Below, piece by piece: positions 1-7,329 of a stretch of DNA of 28,247 nucleotides. The first letter of the stretch is position 1, and each line of letters begins with the position of its first letter. This DNA is from a virus (taxonomy: Duplodnaviria > Caudoviricetes). Where the stretch lies: positions 1-28,247 of IMG/VR virus record IMGVR_UViG_3300031977_000999; one strand, given 5' to 3'. A program made the translations under genes and the position numbers. The notes below the pieces were generated by a model. The model was not told the origin of the DNA, did not search any database, and worked only from the letters and a program-made list of their open reading frames with translations.

Positions 1-84
1 AGCGGTAAGACTGTTGACCTTGGTAGTCACCCAAACCCAACAAAAGCAAATGTCATGTCCATTGCTAAGAATGTGATGTCATGA
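1..84 (+). CDS. 3' end of an upstream gene (partial), hypothetical protein
   Basis: Frame 1 is open from base 1 (SGKTVDLGSHPNPTKANVMSIAKNVMS) and stops at TGA 82-84, overlapping the ATG at 81 (ATGA coupling). Confidence 0.7.
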   Translation, partial: SGKTVDLGSHPNPTKANVMSIAKNVMS

Positions 85-620
85 AATCTTTTAAAGAAAT
101 TCGTAAGAATTGTGGTTGTGGTAAGACACCATGTGAGACATATGGTGAAGCAGTCTCTCCTGCCCAACAGGCAGCGATTGCAATCTCCAAGAAAGAGCGT
201 GGTGAGAAACCAAAGAACGAACGCAAACTTACACCTGCTGAGTTAAAGAAAAGAGAAAAGATCGCGAAGGCAATCGAACGGGACAACCCTGATATGCCTA
301 TGGATAAGAAGATGGCAATCGCAACTGCTACAGCGAAAAGAGTTGCTGAGAAGAGAGACGCGAGCAAGTCTGCTTCTGGGTATGACATCTACCACAAAGA
401 TTTTTCTATGGCGATGAAACATGCGTATGACTTTGCCAAGAAGAAAGGTTTGATTGTCAAAGATTCAGAGATTGATGATAAGGTTGCTTCTGGTCCACGT
501 AAACCATCTACGGGAAAGACCAACAGTTATATTCTCAAAACGAATAACCCCAAACGTAACCTACACGTTCAGGTCTACAACACGGGTCGTTCGTATGAAC
601 TGAATATGTACATTCAATAA
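81..620 (+). CDS. Basic hypothetical protein, candidate internal head (capsid-packaged) protein
   Basis: 179 aa, Lys-rich. N-terminus MKSFKEIR resembles the T4 internal-protein targeting peptide (MKTFKEF/MKTYQEFIAE). Coupled to the upstream stop. Confidence 0.6.
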   Translation: MKSFKEIRKNCGCGKTPCETYGEAVSPAQQAAIAISKKERGEKPKNERKLTPAELKKREKIAKAIERDNPDMPMDKKMAIATATAKRVAEKRDASKSASGYDIYHKDFSMAMKHAYDFAKKKGLIVKDSEIDDKVASGPRKPSTGKTNSYILKTNNPKRNLHVQVYNTGRSYELNMYIQ

Positions 621-622
621 GG

Positions 623-630
623 TATAAATA
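623..630 (+). promoter_or_regulatory. T4-type late promoter (TATAAATA)
   Basis: Exact TATAAATA in the 11-nt intergenic gap. It ends only 1 nt before ATG 632, so it may serve downstream genes. Confidence 0.55.
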
Positions 631-631
631 G

Positions 632-868
632 ATGAAGTATTTTAAGAATTTACGAGAGGCAAAAGACCCCAACGAATACGATCAAGAGGGGGAAATGGCG
701 AAGACTCAACTCAAGACTATCGCACGTAATGCACAAGACTTGATGAATATGTTGGGTGACAATGACAATTTGCCTGAGTGGGTTCAGAATAAGATTACAA
801 AAGCGAATGATTATCTGGACAGCGCGACAGATTATCTAAAGTCGAAAGAAGGCGATGAAGAAGTTTAA
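632..868 (+). CDS. Small helical hypothetical protein, candidate internal head protein
   Basis: 78 aa. N-terminus MKYFKNLRE-A has a targeting-peptide-like pattern with an L-x-E protease site. Core EGEMAKTQL..LPEWVQNKITKA.DYL. Confidence 0.7.
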   Translation: MKYFKNLREAKDPNEYDQEGEMAKTQLKTIARNAQDLMNMLGDNDNLPEWVQNKITKANDYLDSATDYLKSKEGDEEV

Positions 869-1196
869 CGAACACAGATCAGAAAATATCGACTGTAAGT
901 GTGAGTCATTGTATGAAGAACTCGATTTACAGGAAGCAGAATATCAGGGTAAGAAGGTTACTCTGAATGATCCTGTTCGTGGGGGTTCTAAAAAGTTTTA
1001 TGTCTACGTTAAAAACGAGAAAGGTAACGTAGTAAAGGTTTCCTTTGGTGATCCCAATATGGAAATTAAAAGAGACGATCCTGATCGAAGAAAATCTTTC
1101 AGGGCAAGACACAATTGCGACAATCCAGGCCCTAAGTGGAAAGCACGTTACTGGTCCTGTTGGCAATGGAGAGCGGGGGCGAAAGTTGATAACTGA
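855..1196 (+). CDS. Conserved phage protein with KVSFGD..RRKSFRARHNC..ARYWSC motif
   Basis: 113 aa. I recognise this motif from large phage genomes; function unknown. N-terminus MKKFNEHRSE. Confidence 0.75.
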   Translation: MKKFNEHRSENIDCKCESLYEELDLQEAEYQGKKVTLNDPVRGGSKKFYVYVKNEKGNVVKVSFGDPNMEIKRDDPDRRKSFRARHNCDNPGPKWKARYWSCWQWRAGAKVDN

Positions 1197-1486
1197 TGGC
1201 TACGGAAAGTAATGGCGTACGGTTAGATCGCATTGAACAAAAATTAGACCGAATGTCTGAAGCAATTGTTCAGCTTGCTCGCGTCGAAGAAAAGATGAAC
1301 GACTTAGAAGTTCGTCGTGCAGAACAACATGAACGTATGAATCGATTGTCTGAGAAGATAGATAATATCGAAACACACGTTACAACTTTAGTAGAAAAAG
1401 TTGCATTTATGCAAAAGTTTTCGTGGGCACTCATCGGTACTGTTGCGACCGTTGTAGGTGCAATATTAACAAATTTTTTATCCTGA
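1196..1486 (+). CDS. Coiled-coil protein with C-terminal TM helix (XhlA/holin-like architecture)
   Basis: 96 aa. Heptad-rich RLDRIEQKLDRM..., then hydrophobic FSWALIGTVATVVGAILTNFL. TGATG coupling. Confidence 0.65.
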   Translation: MATESNGVRLDRIEQKLDRMSEAIVQLARVEEKMNDLEVRRAEQHERMNRLSEKIDNIETHVTTLVEKVAFMQKFSWALIGTVATVVGAILTNFLS

Positions 1487-1502
1487 CCGGAGAAACAAAG
1501 AA

Positions 1503-2306
1503 ATGAACTCAATAATGATTAAAAGAATGGCCGAGTTATGGGCAGAAGTTACTGAAAAGAAACTAGATGCCGTAAACCCAAAGGCGCTCAAGAAAAAGTT
1601 TGACGATCGAATGGACAAAGACATCGACAATGACGGAGATGTAGATTCTTCAGATGAGTATCTGCACAAGCGTCGTAAGGCGATCGCAAAGAACGAAGCC
1701 AAGGACGAAATGGACAAGTGTCCTGACTGCGGTGGGTCTATGGAGAACCACGAACCAGACTGTCCTCGTGCGGAGAAAGCTGATAAGAAAAAGTTGGAAG
1801 ACGACAAAGATCTTGACGCAGACAACTCTAGGAAGGCATTGAAACACGATTGTGCAACACACGTTACATCTGAACAGTGGGGTTACGGGGAGTGCATATC
1901 CGGTCAGCACACACTCGAAGAACAAGAAGATGGCACTGGTGTTGTAACGCACTACGACGTAATGTTCGAACACGGTATCGAGATGGATGTTCCCGTAGAG
2001 TCTTTGACAATCATCGCTGAGAAACATCATATGCACGCTCAGAAGAAGCATAAGGTGAAGGAAGCAAAGCAACCTAATCAGTCTGGTGCAAAAGCAGAAC
2101 CATTTTTGAATAAGTTCAAGGGTAAAGGTTCGCAGGATATGGCAAAGGACAACAACGTTGATGATCCTAAGCACGCGGAAATCACACCTGAAGAAGAAGG
2201 TCATGACGACGCATCCAAGGCAGGACGTGTTACCAAACAGGCAAAGTCTCGTGGTAATGACAACCTGACTGTAGGAGACAAGAAACCACCTAAAGGGGGA
2301 AAGTAA
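1503..2306 (+). CDS. Highly charged modular protein, candidate prohead core/internal virion protein
   Basis: 267 aa, RBS GGAG. EF-hand-like DIDNDGDVDSSD, a CPDC..H..DC motif, a His-rich beta domain, and many x-x-E potential maturation sites. Confidence 0.65.
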   Translation: MNSIMIKRMAELWAEVTEKKLDAVNPKALKKKFDDRMDKDIDNDGDVDSSDEYLHKRRKAIAKNEAKDEMDKCPDCGGSMENHEPDCPRAEKADKKKLEDDKDLDADNSRKALKHDCATHVTSEQWGYGECISGQHTLEEQEDGTGVVTHYDVMFEHGIEMDVPVESLTIIAEKHHMHAQKKHKVKEAKQPNQSGAKAEPFLNKFKGKGSQDMAKDNNVDDPKHAEITPEEEGHDDASKAGRVTKQAKSRGNDNLTVGDKKPPKGGK

Positions 2307-2434
2307 TGGAAATTTTAATCGGAATTGTTATTGCTGCTGGAGTTGGTTGGTATTTTTGGAATAAACGTAAAGATGATGTAGAATCAAATGGCGGCGGTGG
2401 TGGACACCATCATGATGGGGGCGATCATAAGTAA
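2306..2434 (+). CDS. 42-aa single-pass membrane microprotein (absent from ORF track)
   Basis: MEILIGIVIAAGVGWYFWNKRKDDVESNGGGGGHHHDGGDHK. TAATG overlaps at both ends fill the gap exactly. Confidence 0.8.
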   Translation: MEILIGIVIAAGVGWYFWNKRKDDVESNGGGGGHHHDGGDHK

Positions 2435-2718
2435 TGTCAGCTCCAAAAAATGCCATTCCGACTCCTCGTGGTTGGGTTCATGAAACAACGGGCGAACTCT
2501 TAAAGTCTCAAGTATTATCTTCAGACTTTATTGAAACGTGGCATGGAACAAGTGAGGTTATGCCAAAATTATCTCGCGACAAAAACTTTCAACCCGCTAC
2601 TGTTGTAGAAAAAATACAAACTTTACATGAAGCACCAGTAGATGAAGAGTTTGTTCCTGACGAAAAATATCAATATTTTGCTTCAGAAAATAATAATTCA
2701 AACGGAGAAAAAGAATAA
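2434..2718 (+). CDS. Hypothetical phage protein
   Basis: 94 aa with TAATG coupling on both sides. N-terminal AIPTPRGWVH..TGELLK motif. Confidence 0.7.
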   Translation: MSAPKNAIPTPRGWVHETTGELLKSQVLSSDFIETWHGTSEVMPKLSRDKNFQPATVVEKIQTLHEAPVDEEFVPDEKYQYFASENNNSNGEKE

Positions 2719-3044
2719 TGGGCGAAGAAATCGAAAAGGCGGGTTACCATCCAGCTGATACAAATGGTGACGGTAAAGTAACTCCCGAAGAACATGCAAT
2801 GTATATGGAGTTCAAACGTAAAGAACTCGAAGATGCTGACGCAATGCGTGATGCACAACGTAACATGACATGGTTCGCACTATTTGGTTTACTTTTGTAT
2901 CCGTTTGCAGTTGTAATGGCAGATGGTATTGGTCTAGATCAAGCATCAAAGATTTTGGGTGACATGGCTGCAACATACTTTGTATCAGTTGCTGCAATTG
3001 TCGCTGCATTCTTTGGTGGACAGGCATATTCTGCTAAAAAATAA
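2718..3044 (+). CDS. Two-TM membrane protein with N-terminal EF-hand loop (holin candidate)
   Basis: 108 aa, RBS GGAG. Canonical 12-residue loop DTNGDGKVTPEE, two hydrophobic helices and a basic C-terminus. Confidence 0.7.
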   Translation: MGEEIEKAGYHPADTNGDGKVTPEEHAMYMEFKRKELEDADAMRDAQRNMTWFALFGLLLYPFAVVMADGIGLDQASKILGDMAATYFVSVAAIVAAFFGGQAYSAKK

Positions 3045-3106
3045 CGACAATACTTATTGTTCGATATAACTCCACGTATTGAAACCATTCAACAAATTAA
3101 TAACAC

Positions 3107-3114
3107 TATAAATA
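3107..3114 (+). promoter_or_regulatory. T4-type late promoter (TATAAATA)
   Basis: Exact motif in a 96-nt intergenic region, about 26 nt upstream of the exported-protein cassette. Confidence 0.75.
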
Positions 3115-3140
3115 CATGTGATTATGACTGAATTTAAAGG

Positions 3141-3713
3141 ATGGTTTCGATGCGTTATTTTTTTATTAGTTTGTTAATTTTATCTTCTGGTGTTTTTGCA
3201 CAGGATACTACTCCTGATCCCGTAACACCACCTGAAGATGTTATTGTTACTCAATCTACAAGTGATAGTACGATTACTACAAGATCGGATACTAAAACAA
3301 CTCTTAAATCACCCCCCGCATCTGCAATCACTCCTACAATTAATACGTCAAACTCAGACCTTTGTACATTCGGTGTTGCGGGTGCCGTGCAGACACAGAT
3401 ACTTGGTATCTCTACCGGTACTCAGGTCACAGACGAAAATTGCGAAAGACTCAAGAATGCAAAGACACTCTACGATATGGGAATGAAAGTGGCTGCGGTG
3501 AGTGTCATGTGCCAAGACAGACGGGTTTTTGATGCGATGATGAATGCAGGAACACCCTGTCCATATGACGGTATGATCGGTGAGGATGCGAAACAAGCGT
3601 GGGCACTTGCAGAGATAAACTCTGCTGAGAACGAAGAAGGAATGACTAATGAGACTAAGACAGCTATTGGTGCTGGTGGGATTGGGGCTTTGCTCCTTGC
3701 CCTCTTACTCTGA
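3141..3713 (+). CDS. Exported Cys-containing protein with C-terminal membrane anchor (start may be ATG 3150)
   Basis: Signal peptide MRYFFISLLILSSGVFA-Q, Thr/Pro-rich linker, C..beta-hairpin..CERL domain (4 Cys), and C-terminal GAGGIGALLLALLL. Confidence 0.8.
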   Translation: MVSMRYFFISLLILSSGVFAQDTTPDPVTPPEDVIVTQSTSDSTITTRSDTKTTLKSPPASAITPTINTSNSDLCTFGVAGAVQTQILGISTGTQVTDENCERLKNAKTLYDMGMKVAAVSVMCQDRRVFDAMMNAGTPCPYDGMIGEDAKQAWALAEINSAENEEGMTNETKTAIGAGGIGALLLALLL

Positions 3714-4530
3714 AGAAGTATTTGGAGTAACACAAAACGCAGCTTCATTTGGTTATCAGTGGGTGATGACTAACGTTTTGCCACAACAGTCGGGACTTAT
3801 GGTCAATGGTGTATTTTATCGTTATTCTACGGTAAAGGAAACCGACGATGATATGTTAGTTCATATTCAAAACGAAAATGCACGTGGTAGTGGATATATA
3901 TTTCGTGAAACCGACGATTGGTCTGGATTGCCAGGCAACTCAATTACGAAGAATGTTGCAGTGCCATTAATAGGAATTGATTATTGGGGGCCGGGGTCTA
4001 TTGAGGTTGAAGGAAAAGGATCGGTAGAGGACGCAGAAGTATTCTACAGTTATCAATATGATCCGTGTTTTGATCCACAGACAAGTCCAGACTGTCCTGG
4101 CTACGTCGAACCATATTTGTTGGGACAAGAAGATCCTAATGTTGTAGACCCGCTGGATGATGAGTATGTTCAAAACGAACTGGATCGAAAGGCAAACATG
4201 AGAGCGCAAGAGGAAGAGGAAGAACAAAGAGAACGACGTAGAATTGCTCAAAACGCAGAGAAGGAAGACGAACGATTGGAAGACTTACTTGGTATAGAAA
4301 TTGCATCGACTGAGTATTCTATAGAGCAGTTAGCTTTACATAAAAATTTAATGTCTTTGGCAGGATTTCCATCGACGTATAACTATTCGATTGATGGGGG
4401 AGTTTACAACGAAACTGTTGTATTGCAGGATGCATCTTTACCCAAAAATAGAAGAGCATTGAGTGTTGGCTTGGCGCAAGAATTAAAGCACCAAGAATTA
4501 GTTAATCTACAGTATGAAAAGAGTAAGTAA
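3649..4530 (+). CDS. Exported protein: beta-rich domain, CxDPxxxPxCPGY motif, acidic coiled region
   Basis: 293 aa. Signal peptide MRLRQLLVLVGLGLCSLPSYS-E. RBS-like GAAGGA upstream. Overlaps the previous gene by 65 nt. Confidence 0.75.
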   Translation: MRLRQLLVLVGLGLCSLPSYSEEVFGVTQNAASFGYQWVMTNVLPQQSGLMVNGVFYRYSTVKETDDDMLVHIQNENARGSGYIFRETDDWSGLPGNSITKNVAVPLIGIDYWGPGSIEVEGKGSVEDAEVFYSYQYDPCFDPQTSPDCPGYVEPYLLGQEDPNVVDPLDDEYVQNELDRKANMRAQEEEEEQRERRRIAQNAEKEDERLEDLLGIEIASTEYSIEQLALHKNLMSLAGFPSTYNYSIDGGVYNETVVLQDASLPKNRRALSVGLAQELKHQELVNLQYEKSK

Positions 4531-4552
4531 ACGCAACAGAGGGAGAACAGTA

Positions 4553-5056
4553 ATGTTCAATAAAACTTTTATATTATTTGTTATGTTAACATTTGGATTA
4601 AATGCACATGCTAGTACTAGCGTTCCCGTCTCTGGAACCGTGGAGTCGAAGTGTGTGGTAACACAAGATGTCGCTGGCATCTATGGTAACCCCACACCCG
4701 GCGTGCTGAGTACTGACCCCGCTGACGGTGGTGTACGCCCAGTAGTGAGATATGATGTGGTTCAAGCGAGTTACTATACCGCGAAAATCACTCATCCGGA
4801 TACTTTCACTGAAAGTCCCGCATTATCTGACGTTGTATACTGGACAGGATCAGCTTCTGTCGATCAGGTATCAGATGCAGACATGTCTGCTTATGACACC
4901 AACAAAGTAGAATACAATAACGTGACGGAGTTCTTCCTGAATGTTGCTGGTTCTACTTGGTTCAAGGTTGAATCCGAAGCTACCTATGGTGTCGGTCGTG
5001 CTTTGCCTGGCGGTAACTACCAGACTGCGGTTTTAGCGGAATGTATTGCAAATTAA
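4553..5056 (+). CDS. Exported pilin/fimbrial-subunit-like protein (Csu/spore-coat-U-like)
   Basis: Start reassigned to ATG 4553 (RBS GAGGGAG). Signal peptide ends AHA-S. Alternating N-terminal strand SVPVSGTVESKC and C-terminal LPGGNYQTAVLAEC (G-x-Y). About 147 aa mature, all-beta pattern. Confidence 0.6.
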   Translation: MFNKTFILFVMLTFGLNAHASTSVPVSGTVESKCVVTQDVAGIYGNPTPGVLSTDPADGGVRPVVRYDVVQASYYTAKITHPDTFTESPALSDVVYWTGSASVDQVSDADMSAYDTNKVEYNNVTEFFLNVAGSTWFKVESEATYGVGRALPGGNYQTAVLAECIAN

Positions 5057-5070
5057 TTTAGGATTATCCA

Positions 5071-5448
5071 ATGCGTTATATTATGATTATGTGGGTGTTC
5101 ATTTGTCAGTCAGTAATGGCTCATGAATGGACTCCCACATATCCTGTGCCAGAAATGTCACACATAGAAGATGTACTAAAGGTGGAGATGAAATTATTCA
5201 ATAATCGAGAAAATGTCGAATATTTTGAAATCGGTGTTTTTGATGAGGACTGGAATAAAGTTCCTTTTGCGTTGCAAAATGGACAAGTTATAGTACGTGC
5301 TAAGTATCAAGAAAGAAAGTTTATTGATGTCTATATCAGAAACAAAGATATCAAAAGTGCGACATATGTGTGTTCGCAATCAAAACTTCTTCAAGAGGAT
5401 GAAACAAAACCTTTATTCTTTTCGAGGATTTGTTCCAAAATAAAATGA
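5071..5448 (+). CDS. Exported Ig-like protein, possibly a PapD-N-like pilus chaperone
   Basis: 125 aa. Signal peptide ends VMA-H. Pattern xxxPT..., MKLFN, FEIGVFD, P.F, R.FIDVYI is reminiscent of chaperone N-domains. C-terminal Cys pair. Confidence 0.5.
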   Translation: MRYIMIMWVFICQSVMAHEWTPTYPVPEMSHIEDVLKVEMKLFNNRENVEYFEIGVFDEDWNKVPFALQNGQVIVRAKYQERKFIDVYIRNKDIKSATYVCSQSKLLQEDETKPLFFSRICSKIK

Positions 5449-5457
5449 GTGTGAAGA

Positions 5458-5907
5458 ATGAGAAATTTATTTATTATCGTGATGCTCTTGTGGAGTGTGG
5501 GTGCATGGGGACAGTCCAGTTCTGTTAACCTTGCAATACCTTCATCACCACAGAGTTTTCAGTCAGATAGAGTGAGGTCCGGACAGTTTGAGTGTTCTCA
5601 AGCGATAGGGTCTTCGACAAACGTTGAATTTGGTGTGGTCGGTTTGTTGAATCAAAACGGTCCTTACGGAAATCAATTCGGTACTTCAAACATTGTGGTT
5701 GAACCCGATGGATACAATCAGAATGACTTTGTTCGAGACGTGGGTGTGTATGCGAAAATAACAGTTCCCATTGGTGCTCCAAAGAAAAGACTGGACTGTA
5801 ATCGATTGTACGAGTTAGAACTACGTGCACGAGAATTAGAAATTAAAAAACTAGAAGCCGAAGTTGCAAATCTACGCAACATGAAATTCGCAAACGACGG
5901 TCAATAA
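5458..5907 (+). CDS. Exported protein with Cys-bounded amphipathic beta strands and C-terminal coiled coil
   Basis: 149 aa. Signal peptide ends AWG-Q. Strands TNVEFGVVG and DVGVYAKITVPIG, then DCNRLYELELRARELEIKKLEAEV. Confidence 0.75.
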   Translation: MRNLFIIVMLLWSVGAWGQSSSVNLAIPSSPQSFQSDRVRSGQFECSQAIGSSTNVEFGVVGLLNQNGPYGNQFGTSNIVVEPDGYNQNDFVRDVGVYAKITVPIGAPKKRLDCNRLYELELRARELEIKKLEAEVANLRNMKFANDGQ

Positions 5908-5942
5908 AAAAATGTTATACAATAATAAAAAGAGCATTAAAA

Positions 5943-6410
5943 ATGATGGAAGTCGCAGCAGCAATTCAGGTCGCTGGAGTTGCTTTTAAAGGTATAAAAT
6001 CTGTCTTAGAACAGGGAAGAGAAATTGGCGAAACGGTTGAATATTTTGCTCAGTTTTATGAAGCGAAAGATTCTATATTGGACAAAGGAATACAGAACAA
6101 AGAAGCGAGTCGCAATTTTCTAAGAATTTTTAAAGGATCAAGTGTAGAGGCAGAAGCATTAAGAATAACTGAAGCAAAATATAAATTCGCTGCGATGGAA
6201 AAAGAGTTGCGAGAACATTTAATATACACTGGTCAATCGAATTTCTATTATGATATGTTGAGAGAACGTAGAAATATTCGTCAAGAAAGAACCAGACAAA
6301 ATATTATAAAAGCAAGACGAAGAGCCTTCTTGATTGATATAAGTTGTTTGGTTTTTTTGTGTAGTGTTCTTTTTTCTTTGATTGGTTTAATAATTTATTT
6401 TTCACCGTAG
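5943..6410 (+). CDS. Hypothetical helical protein with C-terminal TM helix
   Basis: 155 aa. Amphipathic N-terminus and hydrophobic C-terminus after an Arg-rich patch. Visibly more AT-rich than its neighbours. Confidence 0.7.
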   Translation: MMEVAAAIQVAGVAFKGIKSVLEQGREIGETVEYFAQFYEAKDSILDKGIQNKEASRNFLRIFKGSSVEAEALRITEAKYKFAAMEKELREHLIYTGQSNFYYDMLRERRNIRQERTRQNIIKARRRAFLIDISCLVFLCSVLFSLIGLIIYFSP

Positions 6411-6420
6411 GAAATAAAAA

Positions 6421-6918
6421 ATGACTGAAGAAGATAATAAGACCGAAATCGAATTCGGCGGAATGACTTTCAAAGGCGGTAAAATGTTTGCATTACTCAC
6501 TGCCCTTTCAACTCTGGGTGGTGCTTCATGGGGTGCGTTTGAGTTTTACAAAGACTACATGGACATGCGCGAGATTGTTCAGAACATTGATGTTGATGCA
6601 ATCGATGCTCGTAATGCTGTAATCGAAACAAAACTCGACGAGGCCATCGACTACACACGCGACATTAAAAATTCCCTAAAGGATGACATCACTCGAATAG
6701 AACGTGTCTCAGAACGCACTTCAGGACGTGTGAAGGACATTCAGGACGATATTGATGAGAGACTTAGAGAAGTTTCGGATCTCACTCGCGAAACGGAAAA
6801 AGACGTGCGAGACACCATGCGGGATCTAGAAGGACGTATGGAAGGCAAAATGGAGAAACTCGACGCAGATCTTCGTGACACATTACAAAAGGCGTTGGAC
6901 AATCCTCTTGCAGATTAA
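6421..6918 (+). CDS. Membrane-anchored long coiled-coil protein
   Basis: 165 aa, RBS TAGGA. TM segment MFALLTALSTLGGASWGAF followed by about 120 aa of charged heptad repeats. Confidence 0.8.
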   Translation: MTEEDNKTEIEFGGMTFKGGKMFALLTALSTLGGASWGAFEFYKDYMDMREIVQNIDVDAIDARNAVIETKLDEAIDYTRDIKNSLKDDITRIERVSERTSGRVKDIQDDIDERLREVSDLTRETEKDVRDTMRDLEGRMEGKMEKLDADLRDTLQKALDNPLAD

Positions 6919-6919
6919 T

Positions 6920-6926
6920 CTAAATA
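6920..6926 (+). promoter_or_regulatory. Possible late-promoter variant (CTAAATA)
   Basis: TAAATA core directly after the stop at 6918 and 30 nt before ATG 6957. Confidence 0.4.
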
Positions 6927-6956
6927 GGAATAACTAATTTTTATTTGGATAGATGT

Positions 6957-7328
6957 ATGCAGTTATTTGATAAACTAAACGACGAGAACTTTGAGTTGTT
7001 TGGAATTCGTAATTATTATAATCCTAGATGTGTCGACGCGGAAGAGTTCTACGAGGATCTTAAACGTTTTAAATACGTAAAGAGATTGATCACTCGTTAT
7101 CGAGAAAATGGTGATCCACCAGTAAATCTATTGTTAAACCACTTAGTGGTGATTTTCAATGTGTTTGGTATTGAGGGCGGTTTGAAGATGTTGGAGTTCA
7201 AGGTGTCGGATACCGAAGACTGGAAAATCATTAAGCCTTTTCTCATCTATCTTAAAGTTATAGATAATACTAAATATACTAGTATTCCAATGGATCAACG
7301 TGTAGTTGAAAGGTTAAGGAAAATATAA
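6957..7328 (+). CDS. Conserved T4-like phage hypothetical protein
   Basis: Start reassigned to ATG 6957. Motif Y.NP.C...EEFYEDLKRFKY.KRL..Y...LLNH....NVFG is typical of marine T4-like phages. Confidence 0.8.
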   Translation: MQLFDKLNDENFELFGIRNYYNPRCVDAEEFYEDLKRFKYVKRLITRYRENGDPPVNLLLNHLVVIFNVFGIEGGLKMLEFKVSDTEDWKIIKPFLIYLKVIDNTKYTSIPMDQRVVERLRKI

Positions 7329-7329
7329 A

